A program made the position numbers and the translations under genes. Positions 26,477-40,035 of a DNA stretch of 64,000 nt are shown here, piece after piece; within the stretch, counting starts at the first letter, position 1; the number at the start of each line of letters is the position of its first letter. Below the pieces are notes generated by a model. It was not told the DNA's origin. It made no database searches and saw only the letters and a program-made list of their open reading frames with translations. The stretch is from Octopus vulgaris (lineage: Eukaryota). The DNA lies in assembly GCA_951406725.2 (NCBI GenBank), contig OX597831.1, positions 1,178,001 to 1,242,000 on the forward strand. The letters are read 5' to 3'.

Positions 26477-26986
26477 CATTAGAAAAGGGTGGTGTGGTCA
26501 TGGTTGGAGAATATAAATAATATATTTAAATTATAAGTCTCAACACATATTGGATTGAGAAAGGAATTGTGAAATCAGAAGCACTCTAACCATGACCATT
26601 TCATCTTTTTTCCAAATATACTGTAACAAGGACTACATTATCCAATATATATATATATATATATAATTTCAGCTTTAGAATAAGAGCAACTTGGTTACAA
26701 TTTCTATCTGGTTGAGAGACTATAATGAATTTTCCTTATTAACAAATACTAAATCAAATGTTTCTATAGCTAGTTACCCTCCTTCTTGATTTAGAGACAG
26801 TACTAGAACCTACTTTTGCTAATCAATCAAACAGAAATAAGAAAATTTGTTTTTATTCAGGATCACTGAAAAATGACTTTTTTAAAAACCAGCTTCATGA
26901 GCATTTATTCAAATTTTACATCAGTTATAGAATATATCACTGAACTTAATCATTTAGAGACGTCATCCACATGAGAAGGTGGCAAC

Positions 26987-27183
26987 TACCATATTTTCTG
27001 ACATAAAAGTTGAATTTTCCAGATCAAAAGTTATAGTTAAAAAAAGGGTAGGTCGACTTAGTAGATATGGCAACTTTGGAGGACCGTAAATTCATGTGAA
27101 ATGCAGCAGGATTTGGAAATATAGTGATGGTGTTTGAATGTAGACTATATGCTATATCTACTTGTATGCCAGAAAATATGGTA
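26987..27183. mobile_element. pogo/Tigger-like MITE
   Basis: TA-ccatattttctgacataaaag ... cttgtatgccagaaaatatgg-TA: 21-bp TIRs with 2 mismatches and TA flanks. Confidence 0.75.
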
Positions 27184-28731
27184 GACAGTGACATAAAAGA
27201 ATTACCAAAAGGATGTTACTTGCTACCAAGACATACTAACTTGTTAATAATAGCTTTGGATTGTTTTTTTATTTTTTTTTTATCGTACTTACAGCAGTAA
27301 ATATAAAAATATAAATTTAAATAATTATGCAGTGCGGAAAAGACATTAACTCAATGATGAATACTATAATTTAATCATTTCAGTGAATATGGGAGACAAC
27401 TTTGGAATGTTTCCACAGTATTATGTCCATCACCAGCTAAACATAAATTGCAGTGTGCTTCTTAAAATAGTGATATTGAGCAAATATATAATAATGTACA
27501 AGGTTGACACAGAAAAAATAGAATACTTTTCAAGAATTAATTACTCAGAAATGTGTTCTCTGATCTTCAACAGTGAATTAGCATGTCTGTGAATTCTAGG
27601 TAAACCTTATAGATTTCTGAATTCAGTGACCAATTTATTTAGCCTGTCTTAAAGTATTTAAATGAAAATATGTACCCTAAATTTTGAAATTTTCACAATA
27701 TTTATTCAATGTTTTGAAATTTTCAATATGAGTTTTAGTGTTTAGAAGAGCAAAATTTAAAACAACAAAACTATATTAAATTTTACAATAACACCAAATC
27801 TTTAATAAGATTAAAAATGGTCCCCTACGTTACTGATTTTTATTAAAATATGGAGATAATTTTGTTTACAAAATAATTTGTTTTAAAACTTCAAATATTA
27901 ATTTAGTTCATGTACAGAGTGAGAATTTTTTTTTTCTATGACATATGCATTTCAATCTTTTGGTTCAGCAAAATTTCCAATAAGGTTTTTAAAGACATTT
28001 CACTCTGATTCTTTGTTTTATTTAAACCTGAGCATTTCCAATATTTCCTAAATGTTTATTGAAAGCAATAACATTACAACTGCCACCCTCACCATTACCA
28101 TCATCTTCAGTTTCAGCATCACTAATAATGGCCATTTATCCAACACACTACTACCATAACATCACACTTGATGTCACACAGTCACTGTGACTAAAAACCA
28201 ATCAAACTGTCTTAAACATTATCCAAGCAATCTGTGTTAAACATTATAATATAGCAAACTTAGGGAGCATCTATATAGTCACACAACCAGCTAGAAATAG
28301 TCAAACCTCCCTCATATCACGAACGACTATCTGAAAAAATTGGATGATGTTGTCTTAAAAAGACAGGATGATCATAGCTAGAATGTCAAAACTATCAGGG
28401 CTGACTTGGGGCAAAACATGTGTTTCAATAACATGTTAATCTGTTATTTCTTTGAAGCATTGTTGTATCACTGGAGACTGGGTCACTGGAATTGTTTGTA
28501 TCATTTTCTTGAAGTAACATCTCTTAATTCCCATCCAGGCCTTCATGTCATTGCAGTTAGCCACTCTTGGATAAAAGAACAATTGTATTTTTTTTTATAT
28601 ATGTTGGAATATAAAGAAGACATTGGAAGTGAAAGATGTCAGTTGGCTCACCCAACTAGTGTGTTAGGTTTACAGTTAGATGCAGTTTAAAAGTTTATTT
28701 ACAAGCAAATAATATATATTATACTCATATC

Positions 28732-28795
<64 letters not shown>

Positions 28796-28796
28796 T

Positions 28797-28985
28797 AGGG
28801 AGAGTTTATGAAAAAAACAAGAGACGAAGACAGGTGGTGTACAAAACAAACAGATGTATTAGCATAACGCTCAGGAATAGAAAAAGTCTTTTACGTTTCA
28901 AGCCTACGCTCTTCTACAGAAAGGGACACAGAAAAAACAAGGAGAGAAAAAATGTGTGTAGTGGCTAACAATCTATCATGGCATC
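28797..28985 (-). mobile_element. Short insert between (TA)n tracts carrying a variant hammerhead-like motif (28888-28923)
   Basis: Minus strand: CTTT-CTGTAGA-A-GAGC-gtag-GCTT-GAAAC-GTA-AAAG. Confidence 0.55.
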
Positions 28986-29707
28986 TATATATATATAGAA
29001 AATATTCCTTACATAGTAGTGTATACACACATATATACTATATACATTTCTGGTTAGAGAAAAAATGTGCTTTACATTAAATTTTTCATCAGAAGCCCTT
29101 TCCAGAATATTTCCATCATCCCAAGATGGATTTGAACCTAGAAATCAGAAGTTGTAAAAACAGCTGAATCTCTAGTGCTAGTATAATAGTGGTGAAAATG
29201 GGGTATGGTTATTGAATACATCTATTCAATTCTCTCATTTGTTGATGCACCAGTGTCATGAACAGAGACAAGTGTTAGAATATCTTTGTATGGACAACCA
29301 ACAGCCATAGGGCTCTATTTAAATTATAAGTCTCAACACATATTGGATTGAGAAAGGAATTGTGAAATGTTTACATTAGGCACCAGTGACACTCGAGCCT
29401 ATGAAGAAAACTGAAACCTAAAAGAATGCAACACACCTTAAAACAAGTATACAGTACTGAGTCCACTTTTAGCATCAACAAAATCCAACACCATTCTGCA
29501 TCAAGCACCATCCCCACCCTACCTCAATGCAAATACCTCAACCATCACCAAGCAACACCACCATCAACATCATGCTGCAACGAACATCACCACTACAAAA
29601 CAATAGCACCGATATCACCAGACAGCAATGCAATTGTTATCACCACTCTACAATGAATACCACTACTACCACACTACAATCAATACCACTATTATCACCA
29701 CAATAAC

Positions 29708-29937
29708 TATTTCTTTATTACACACAAGGGGCTAAACACAGAGGGGACAAACAAGGACAGACATAGGTATTAGGTCGATTACATCGACCCCAGTGTGTAA
29801 CTGGTACTTAATTTATCGACCCCGAAAGGATGAAAGGCAAAGTCGACCTCGGCGGAATTTGAACTCACAACGTAACGCAGACGAAATACCGCTAAGCATT
29901 TCGCCTGGCATGCTAACATTTCTGCCAGCTCGCCGCC
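29708..29937 (-). mobile_element. SINE family B, CpG-rich full-length copy with an alternative tail
   Basis: Minus strand: ggcggcgagctggcagaaatgttagc...gagttcaaattccgccgaggtcgactttgcctttcatcctttcggggtcgataaattaagtaccagtt...gccccttgtgtgtaataaagaaata. Confidence 0.9.
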
Positions 29938-30211
29938 TTTCTCTCCTTGATTATTCTGTGTCCCTTAAATCTTATCACCACTCTACAACATCCATTACCA
30001 CCACACTACAACAAATACCAGCAGTACCACACTACCACTACACTACACCAAAAACACTTACCCTTACCACCAAACTACATTATCACTAACACAACACAAT
30101 GACACAACCATTACTATAATATTGCACCGCAACCACCACTATACTACAAAAAACACCACCACTAATAAAACCAACAAACAATCCCATTGCCACCAAACAA
30201 GCCAACAAAAA

Positions 30212-30712
30212 GAGCCTCTATGTGGTTGCTGAACATGCTAGAATTTGCTGCTCAATCTCTTTCAAATCAATTGTTACCTATAGCCTCAGGCCGACCAAAG
30301 CCTTGTGAATGGAATTTAGTAGACAGAAACTGAAAGAAGCCCGTCGTATATATGTACATGTATATATATATATGTGTGCATGTGTGTTGGTCCGCCCAAC
30401 ATCGCTTGACAACCGATGGTGGTGTGTTTATGTCCCCCATAACTTAGCGGTTCGGCAAAAGAGACTGATAGAATAAGTACTAGGCTTAAAAGAATAAGTT
30501 CTGGGGTCGATTTGCTTGACTAAAGGTGGTGCTCCAGCATGGCCGCAGTCAAACGACTGAAACAAGTAAAAGAGTAAAAGAGACCTCATGTAAGAACAAT
30601 GCAATGTTAATTTGGTCCAATATATCTCTAAAAAGACTGGGTGGTCATGGCTGGAATGCCATTAATGAATAGGATTGCTCAGCCAGGGTTGATCTGTGAC
30701 TGAACAACAAGA
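30212..30712 (+). mobile_element. Family D repeat interrupted by a 5'-truncated SINE A (about 30278-30582)
   Basis: gagcctctatgtgg...gctagaa...[SINE A]...ggtcatggctggaatgcc...tgaacaacaa. Family D also lies near 11490, 28262, 32870, 35500 and 41290. Confidence 0.7.
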
Positions 30713-33700
30713 ATAATTAGCACTATCACACTACAAATACCACCACTACTATCATCGCAACTGTTTCAATGTAAAGATTAGAAAGTGACTGTGAGCTATG
30801 ATTTTCTTGAACAATGATTTCAGTTGTGCATCAACTACAAGGTTAAACTAAAGGATGGGCTACAGAATATGTCCCCAGGTAATGCTAGCTATTTCAATAT
30901 TCCAATCATACAACAGATTAAAAGGAACATAGATGTGTGTGTGTGTGTGTGTGTGTGTGTGGATGATTGCATTTATGTATGTGTATATATTTTTAAAACA
31001 TCAGTTTAATGGTTACTTTCACTTTCTGGTATTTTCATTCATCTTTCGGGTTATGCTGTCTTTCTTTTTATTTGTATGTTTCCCTCAAAGAAAGCAATTG
31101 CTTGAGGACTCAAAAGTGTTTCATGAAAGAAAGAAAGAACCAGGGGGGAGTGAGAGATATATATATATAGAGAGAGAGAAAGAGAAGGAGAGAGAGATGT
31201 ATGTGTACCTCTGCAGGAAAGCAATGCCATCTATGAATACTAAGAACTTTCCAGAATGAAAATGCAATTTGAATAGGAAACTGCTTTGTTTGGTTATGAA
31301 ATGCCAACCGACTTTTTCACACAAATGGCACAATTGAAGACAAAAACTGAATTGGCAATGTAATATGAGATTTTTTTCATAAATACACACACACATCACA
31401 CACACACACACACACACACACAAACAAAAACACACACACACACACACACTTTAATAGATAAACTAAAATAAATACAAATATTTCAGTCTTCATAAATATG
31501 TGTTTCTGTGTATAAGTATCTGTGAAAGTGTGTGTATGTACACACACACACGCATACACACGCAAAATAAAATAAGTTTGCTCTCCAACATGTTCTGGGC
31601 TCAATCTCACTGCATGGCATCCTGGGCAAGTGTCTCCTACTGTAGCATCAAGCCAAATAATGCTTTGTGAATAAAACTGGTAGATAGGAAATGTGAGGAA
31701 AGCTGTCATGTGTATGAGAGCATGTCTGCATGAATGTCACCTCTACTGTTATTAACACTGTCTGACCAAAAGACAGTGTCAATATATGGAATTGGGCGAT
31801 ATGGTTGTTTAATTTCTCCAGTGAACAAATACTTCTCAGTCCACTGATGTGTGAGAAGTGGTGGAATGAAAAGATACCTTACTTGAAAAACAAGGGCTGC
31901 CAACATTATCATCTATAATTTCATCTAACCCATACCAGCATGGAGAAACGGAAGTAAAAACGATAATGATGATATTACCATCACCATTACCATTTAACAT
32001 CCATGGTCCATGCTGCTGTGGGTTGGACAGCTTGACAGGATCTCATAGGTTCAAGGAGTGCGTCATGCTCTACTATCTTTTGGCAGAGTTTTTATGGCTG
32101 AATGCCCTTTCCAATGCCAACCACTTAACATCATGTATTGTACCTTTTTTTTTATTTTTGTGCCATCACACTAGTGGTGTCACCATGCAACTTCAAAATT
32201 ACAAACTCTGAGAGAGGTGGCTTTATGCTAGGAGATCAGGGGTTAAGATATGAGAGAAGGGTAGCAGAGTAGAACAGGCTTCTTTGTGTAGAGGAGTTAC
32301 ATGTTTATTCACATTTTAGAAAAGAGGGGTATAGGTGATTGGGGTGGAGCTGTGAAGAGAAAAAAGATAATGATGATGAAGTGCTTGGGTGGACCCTCAA
32401 GGTACAAGCCGAGCAGAAGTGAGCAGAGACAGACCTGAGAGTGTGGGTGGGCAGAGGTTGCAAGAGGGTATGAGAAAGTGAGAGAGGCAGAGAATGGGTG
32501 AGGAGGAGAATATAATGAATGAAGAACAGGTGTTAAGGGGTGGATGTAGTGAATGGTGGATATGGGGTGGTGGTGGTGGGGTGGGGTGAAGAGTAGTGAA
32601 AGTGTAATATGGGTATAAGAGACAAGGGTAGGATTATGTATTAATTATGTATAATACAAACTTCCATATACATGAATGCAAGGATAATATATGTTTGTGT
32701 GCATATCACTGGTTTAACAAACATGATTTATTCACTCTGTGATCAGAGGCATCTGTTAATGGGTGAAATTTCTCAGAAAAACCTATTATTACTTGATAGA
32801 TGAAATGAGGCAATGTAAAATAAAATATCTGACACAGAAAGACACATTAAATCATAACAGGCCAATGAACCAGCCTCTACATAGTTGCCCAGTCTACTAG
32901 ATATAGCAGCCAAATGTCCCTCAAATTACATCCTGCTATCTTGAAAAAGGGAGGGATACGTTGGACTATACATGTCCTAGATATGATTCATTAGAAAAGG
33001 GTGGTGTGGTCATGGTTGGAATGCTTTGGTTATAGGTAAAACTGACCTTGTAACAGATTTGAATTCATAAACCAAGAACTAGTAGCCCAAGACTTTGTTT
33101 ATTTTATTGCTTACTTACAGGATGTATGTGTGTGTGTGTGGATGGGTGGGTGTTAGTTTAATCTCCAGAACACCCTTAACTAATGGATGTTATTTCTAAT
33201 GAAATTCTCATTGTTCATGTATTCCAAAGTCACAAGCATGGTTGTGTGGGTAAGAATTTCACTTCCCAACCATATGGTTACAGGTTCAGTCCCACTGTGT
33301 GTTACCTTGGTAATATCGTCTACTAAAGACAGGGGCTGAATAAAAGCCTTATGGGTAAATTTGGTAGATGGAAATTGAAAGAAGCTCATTGTGTGTGTGT
33401 GTGTATGTGTGTGTGTGTGTGTGTGTGTCTGTACATGCTTGTTTAGATTCATGCCTTACAACAGTTGCCACAAGTGGTGTCGTTTACTGTTGCTACTTGC
33501 TCTCGTTGTGTCTTTGTAGATGTATAAAATAAGAGACCCTTTACTTGAAAAGCAGATGAGAGGAAGGCATCAGGCTGTAAATGCCTTGATAATATATTTG
33601 TCAAAGTAATGCAACATATAATGAAAGAGAAGTAATGAACGTATAATGGAAGAGAATTCAAGTATTAAATAAAATATTAAAAAATATTCTCAGAACAGAA

Positions 33701-33806
33701 TGTATGTGTGTACAAGCCTTTGAATGTATTCATATGACATTGCTGTCTGCCTGTCTATCTATCTACCTATACACACACACACACACACACACACATACAC
33801 ATATTA

Positions 33807-34185
33807 TAGGTGCAAGAATGACTGTGTAGCAAGAAGCTTGTTTCCCACCTACATGGTTCTGGGTTCACATCCCACTGTGTGACACCTTAGGCATGTGTCT
33901 TCTACTATAGTCTCAGGCCAACCAAAGCCTTATGAGCGGATTTGGTAGACAGAAACTGAAAGAAGCCCTTTGTAGATATATATGTGTGTGTGTGTGTGTT
34001 TGTCCTCCCACCATTGCTTGACAACTGATGTTGGTGCATTTACGTTCCCATAACTTAGTGGTTCAGCAAGAGAGACTGATAGAATAAGTACTAGGCTTAC
34101 AAAGAATAAGTCCTGGGGTTGATTTGTTCGACTAAAGGTGGTGCTCCATCATGGCTGCAGTCAAATGACTGAAACAAGTAAAAGA
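33807..34185 (+). mobile_element. SINE family A, full length
   Basis: aggtgcaagaatgactgtgtag...gactgaaacaagtaaaag. Confidence 0.85.
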
Positions 34186-34188
34186 AAA

Positions 34189-34270
<82 letters not shown>

Positions 34271-34717
34271 TCAGCAAGTACCATAACTCTGTAGCAGTAC
34301 CAACAATCTGCCTTTCAGATCTATTTAACTGTCCTCTCAGTAAGAGCTACACTGCTGCAGGAGAGAAGTTTCTTATGCGAGTTGGTGAGGAAATATAGAA
34401 AGATTACTATCAAAACTTTTAAACCACTTTTGACTTCATATGTATAAACTTTTTTCCCCTCATTTTATACCTTCAGGAAATTATTGAACTTTAAATGATT
34501 ATCATTGTTGTTGCTTTATTATTTGTATATGTAATGTAGCTGTTGACATCTGGAAGCAAAATTGAAAATAGAATTTCTTTCCATCAGGTCTGATAACTCC
34601 AGACAGAAAGTGTTTTCTCAAGGATATTCATAGCCCCAGGCATACAGATATTTCTATAGTATGTTAATGCTTGGTTTTAATTTCTTTTTATTCATAGCTC
34701 TTTTAGTGTAGAATAGA

Positions 34718-35080
34718 AGCTTTTTGGAGATTAAACCTAGTACACAAACTTTTACTGGTACACTCAACATGTTAAAAATAGTTGCCATATTTCCCTCATA
34801 TCACTCTCAATTTTAGAAATGAAGGACACTTGATTACTTAGCTTCTTGGAGATTTAAACCTAATACACAAAATTTTACTGGTATACTCAACACGTTAGAA
34901 ATAGTAGCCAGATCTCCCTCATATTTAAAAATTTGTTAAATTCAAGGACGCTAGACAATGTAGCTTCTTGGAGATTTAAATCTAGCTTGCAAATTTTACT
35001 AGTATATTCAAAATATTAGAAATAGTAGTCATATCACACCTTGCTAACTTAAAAATGAAGGACGTGTTAGTCAATGTGGT
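34718..35080. repeat. Three diverged tandem units of about 122 bp
   Basis: agct(t/c)ttggagatt(t)aaa...ttttact.gta at 34718, 34840 and 34962; each unit includes part of family D. Confidence 0.8.
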
Positions 35081-35646
35081 CAATGATACACAATATTATA
35101 AACAAAATGGAATGATTAAAGCTAGAATGTCTCTATCCATAGGTTTGCACAATCTGGACTGCCCTGAGGCTAAACAATAATTTTTACTGGTATCACACTT
35201 GTTCTATTTTATCAGATTCTAGAGAGTGCTTATCTAAATTCTGAGTAGTCATCAATTTTCTGGGATTCTTTATAAACAATATTGTCTGTTTCCAGCTACA
35301 GATCATTGATCATAAAAACATTTACTAGTTTCTCTTGTGACAACCTCAGTATCAGGTCTTTGATGTTTTATGACTTAGCTTGTTTGGATATTGAAGTTCC
35401 ATAACTATTATGAATGATATCAATAAAGTAGTGAAGTGTCAGAATCAGCAGAGGACTAGATCAAATGACTTATAGTATTTTAAACCAACAAAGGAGGTCA
35501 CTAATTGGTTATCTGAATTGCTAGAAATAGCAGCCAAATCTCCATCAAACCGTTCACTATCACCTTAAAAATGACACATTTGATAATGTGGTTTGGGTAC
35601 ACTATTTTAAAAATATATGGCTTGAATATTTTTGATTATCGTTTTC

Positions 35647-35868
35647 TTAACACTTTAGTGTTCAGATTATTCTGTCAAATTTAATATTTATTCACATTAT
35701 TTTGAATTAAATGCATTATCTTGTAATTTTGAGATTTCAATGATGTGATTATTTACTTTGAGAATGAATTGTAGGATAGGTGTAAGAAGCTGGAGCTGGC
35801 CAGTTTGAAAGATAAACCAGATAGAATATTTGGGCCAGATATGGTCTGTTTGAATACTAAAGGGTTAA
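35647..35868 (+). mobile_element. MITE M1
   Basis: ttaacactttagtgttcagatta...gaatactaaagggttaa. Confidence 0.75.
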
Positions 35869-36572
35869 ATTACAGCTGTTATGGGGCTGAATTGCAGCAA
35901 CAATTACTGATATATGACAGTCCTGCTGCAAGAATTTATAAATTTGAAAGATAATCCCAGAGCTTCTACATATACTTGCCTCAAAATTGAAGTTCTACAG
36001 TTAAGAGTGCAGACTAGCAAGTCAAAACCTGGATCAACCACAGACACATAACATGACCTGAAAAAGATGAACCCAGGTGTCAGTAGAATAGGTTGGTGAC
36101 CCACATTTGTTGATGGATGAGAATCTCATTGTAAAGAGTGGAAAATGACAAAATTCCTTGAACCAAAAGATCATTCCTGTAATGGCTAAAGATCAAATTT
36201 GGGTAGCACATCTAATTTTTAGGTGGTTAAGTACCATTATTAGGATCTTGAGTGCCTTTAGCAGAGAGTTGACTCCTTTTCAAACAGTCAGCTCTGGGTT
36301 CTGGTCTAAAGTTGATACAATATTTCGATGTCCTGTTTCCTACCACACCTTCTTTGCAGAGTGTCAATGTTTGTTAGTGGATGGAAGGGGGTTCTTCAAT
36401 AGAGATCTGCCACTAAATACAACAGAGGTGGAGACTCTTTCCATGTGTAATTCTACAGAAGACAACTTTATCTTTTGAAGATTATGATAATGATGGTGGT
36501 GGTGTTGGTGAGGATCATAGTTATGATTATTTGCAGCAATCCTATCAAATATTAAATACTCATGTACACTGT

Positions 36573-36785
36573 TTAACCCTTTTGTTACTAACCCGGCCAA
36601 AACCGGCTCTGGCTCTGTGGTAAAATGTCTTGTTTTCATAGGTTTTGAATCAAAATATTCCACCAAAATATTCCAAGCACTAGCTTAATGATAACTAAGT
36701 TGTTTTACTAAATTCTTTGTTATATTTAAAATAATTGAAAGAAACACAGAGCATCTCAAAATAAATACAGTAACAAAAGGGTTAA
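36573..36785. mobile_element. TTAA-flanked MITE family M2 (piggyBac-like)
   Basis: TTAA-cccttttgttact ... agtaacaaaaggg-TTAA, a perfect 13-bp TIR; homologue at 62118. Confidence 0.85.
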
Positions 36786-37174
36786 ACACATGCACACATT
36801 GTTGAAACAACACAACACACACACATACACACACACACATTCACACACACACACATGCACACCAATGCATATATGTTATTTTTTTAACCTCAGGTCAGTG
36901 GAGAGTGATCAGAACTTTGATCAAAGATGCTCCATCCATGATTATGCCCTCATTTTTGTATATCTAAGGTTATATTGTCTAATGTAATAATCTATCCAGA
37001 GGACAGTATGATGTGATGCAAATGAGATTACAGTTATCAGTGTGGTTGCTAGGATTACAAAGCTAAATAAACTTAAAGACTTCCTAGAGCCATCCTTATA
37101 CACAGAGATAGACGCAGTGAATCTAAAACAAACACTTACACACCTTATAATCACTGATAAGTACAACATTGTCA

Positions 37175-37211
<37 letters not shown>

Positions 37212-37309
37212 TATACATATTTATTATTATTCTTTTGCAAAAAACAATGCAACTTTTTTTCCCCTTTCTCATTTTTAAAAAACTTTTTTAAAAAACTTTT
37301 TTACCTAAC

Positions 37310-37351
37310 TATTCTTGATAAGTCAAACTATGACGAAAACCGGTTTGAATA
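37310..37351 (+). ncRNA. Decayed hammerhead motif in an insert between (TA)n tracts
   Basis: TATTC-TTGATAA-GTCA-aacta-TGAC-GAAA-ACCGGT-TT-GAATA. Two core substitutions; loop palindromic. Confidence 0.5.
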
Positions 37352-37745
37352 AATATATATTTATATATTTTATCAATTTCTCATTTCATTAAAATTTTCT
37401 TTCAATTTAGCATTCTGCATTTTTACAATTTTTCATTGCTTATCATTTCTCCACGTGCGGTCAACACAACCCCACCATTTATTGATCTATATATATATGT
37501 TTCATTCATTATACACTTGCTTTTCTATGCTAGCATGGGTTAGATGAATGCATATTACTGAGGCATTGTTTTGTAGTTGCATGCCCTTACTATTACTAAC
37601 CCCTATCTGTTTTCATGTAAGGAAGCTTTCATTCCACTTAATTTGGAAGTATGGAGCAAGTGGATGATTTTGTTGACAAGGAATGTCAGCAAACATCACT
37701 TTTTGAAGCTGAAAGCTTTTTCATATGAAGCATAGAATGTAAATA

Positions 37746-37835
<90 letters not shown>

Positions 37836-39029
37836 CAGTCTACAAAACTGACCCACATAGCATTGATTGGCCTGATGCTATAGTAGAAGATACTTACCCA
37901 AAATGCTATTTAGTGGGACTAAGCCTGAAACCATGTAATTGAGAAACCACACAGCCATGGCTTCATCATTCATATGTATGTTTGTGTGTGAGCATGTACA
38001 CATATGAACTATAAAAATGCATACATATATGTGTATATGTAAAAAAATGTATATATTATACTTACACCTTTCAAAATAAAAAAAAATAGAAATGAAAAAT
38101 GAAAGCAAATGAAGAAATCAAAAAAACAAGCAGTACCTAGTTAAAAATGATTGCAAAGTATAAGATAATCCACATTTATAGATCAGCTGGTTGCATTAAC
38201 CTGTATCTATTGGAGTATTTATTCTCCATAGTAATATCTGTAACTCTTTAATAACATTAATGCTGGCACTTGTCTGTGTGTCATTCCACTTCATGGTTTA
38301 TTATAAAACTATACCAATCTTAGGCAGGTTTATTACTAATTATATTAGCCCTAGCCAGGTTTTCTTTGCATTACAACAGATTGCGTATTATGATATGAAG
38401 TTAGTTAAGTATTGATTGAAAAAAGTTACAGAGACAGGTAACACAGACCACAAGTATTGGTGTTCTGTGCTTGGCATCTAGATGTGGTTTATTCATGATA
38501 TTCAACATTTCTGACTTATATAGTAAATAGACCTGATAGATGTATTATGTATGATGAGCTAATGTGACACAGTTAAATCACATTGCCCTTTTATAAACCA
38601 CTGCAGTAGATTTAGCATAAAACTGATGCTCAACTCCCTTGGGGTTAGTAGTCTTGTGAGCTGCATAGCAACTTCAATAGTGATGGAGGTATGACATACT
38701 GTGAAATGGCTGACAACAGAAAAAGTATCCAGCCATAGAAACCATGCCAAAGCAGACATTGGAGCACAATGCCGTCCTTGAACCCATCGGATTCTATTAC
38801 ACCATCCAACCCATGCCAGCTTAGAACGTGGATGTTAAATGATGATGATGTCTCATGTATGTGTCTGTGTGATATAGCTAAACTAGTTAAACCCCTAGTA
38901 GATATGTGTGTTAACTATCAGAACACTAAAGTAAAGACCAAATAGATAAAGTATTTACTAACCCAACGATTTTGATTTCAGCTCCTCAGTAGGTGTCTTG
39001 CTGTTTTGCTTGCATAATACACTTAATCC

Positions 39030-39185
39030 CATATACTTCTATTAGACAACAAAGACCACTCAACTACTATATGGATGTTGTTAGCAGAGATACACAGCAT
39101 GAAATCATCAAAGTTAATGAAGGATAGAGATTCCTGGATCATCATCGCAAGATGCATCACAGCTGTAACTGTTTGAAGAAGATGA
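39030..39185 (+). mobile_element. Highly decayed LINE 3' end (RTE-like)
   Basis: RPLNYYMDVVSRDT / LMKDRDSW.II parallels the 43858 fragment. Confidence 0.35.
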
Positions 39186-39349
39186 AAGTGTATCTTAGTT
39201 CGCCTGGCTGTTGAAAATAGCTTACTATAGCATCTTGGAATGTCAGACAAGATAGACTGATATCCTAGGTTAAGAGAGATTTCCCTGATCTTTTTTTAAA
39301 ATCTATGAAACTAGAGATAATCACAGGACTCTTCAGGGGCAGTTTATCT

Positions 39350-39725
39350 TTTATCTTTTACTTCATTCGGACTGTGGCCATACTGAGGCACCACCTTGAA
39401 AGGTTTTAGTCAAAGAAATCAACCTCAGTACTCATGTTTTTTTTTTTAAAGTTTGGTACTTATTCTATTGGTCTCTTTTGCTGAACTGCTCGTGGGGATG
39501 GAAACAAACCAACACTGATCACCAAGTGGTATTAGTAAGAAGACAAACACACACACACACATGCATGCATATATGACAGGTTTCCACACAGTTATCACAC
39601 AATTTATATGCAAGGTATTGGTTAACGTAGGCCTATGTAAAAGACACTTGCCCTAGGTGCTCTGAAGTGGGACTGAACCCAAAACTACATAGTCGCAAAG
39701 TAAGCTTCTTAACCACAAAACAATG
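39350..39725 (-). mobile_element. SINE family A, diverged
   Basis: gactgtggccatactg...gtgggactgaaccc...cttcttaaccac. Confidence 0.75.
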
Positions 39726-39734
39726 TTTGTGCCT

Positions 39735-40035
39735 TCAGTGTCACGTGACTAGTATCCATGCCAGTGGCAAGTAAAAAGCACCCTACAAGCCTCATGGAGG
39801 TGATGACAGGTGACCAAGACCTTTGGCAATATGCCATGCGTGAGAAGACTTGTCAAACCAAGTGAAATCATAGTTGTGGCCGATGCCAGTGTCACGTAAC
39901 TGGCACCCATACCAGTGGCACGTAAAAAGCACCCATGCCAATCAGACTGGAACTAGGTGTGGTTCTCCAGCTTACTAGTTTCAGTCAAACAGTCTAACCC
40001 ATGCCAGCATGGAAAGCAGATGCTAAATAATGATG
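39735..40035 (+). mobile_element. RTE 3' end / family C
   Basis: gaccaagacctttggcaatatgc..tgagaagac is homologous to the ORF end at 8330-8390 (minus), followed by the family C tail. Confidence 0.7.

Noticed and set aside
30823-30877. Plus-strand AG...GTAATG-bounded 55-nt segment
   Set aside because: No homology or partner exons; expected by chance.
31213-31234. Possible 22-nt minus-strand micro-exon (DGIAFLQ)
   Set aside because: Weak donor (GTACAC) and poor pyrimidine tract.
36230-36420. Minus-strand TNIDTLQRRCG, resembling a LINE ORF end
   Set aside because: Too short and degenerate to call without a profile search.
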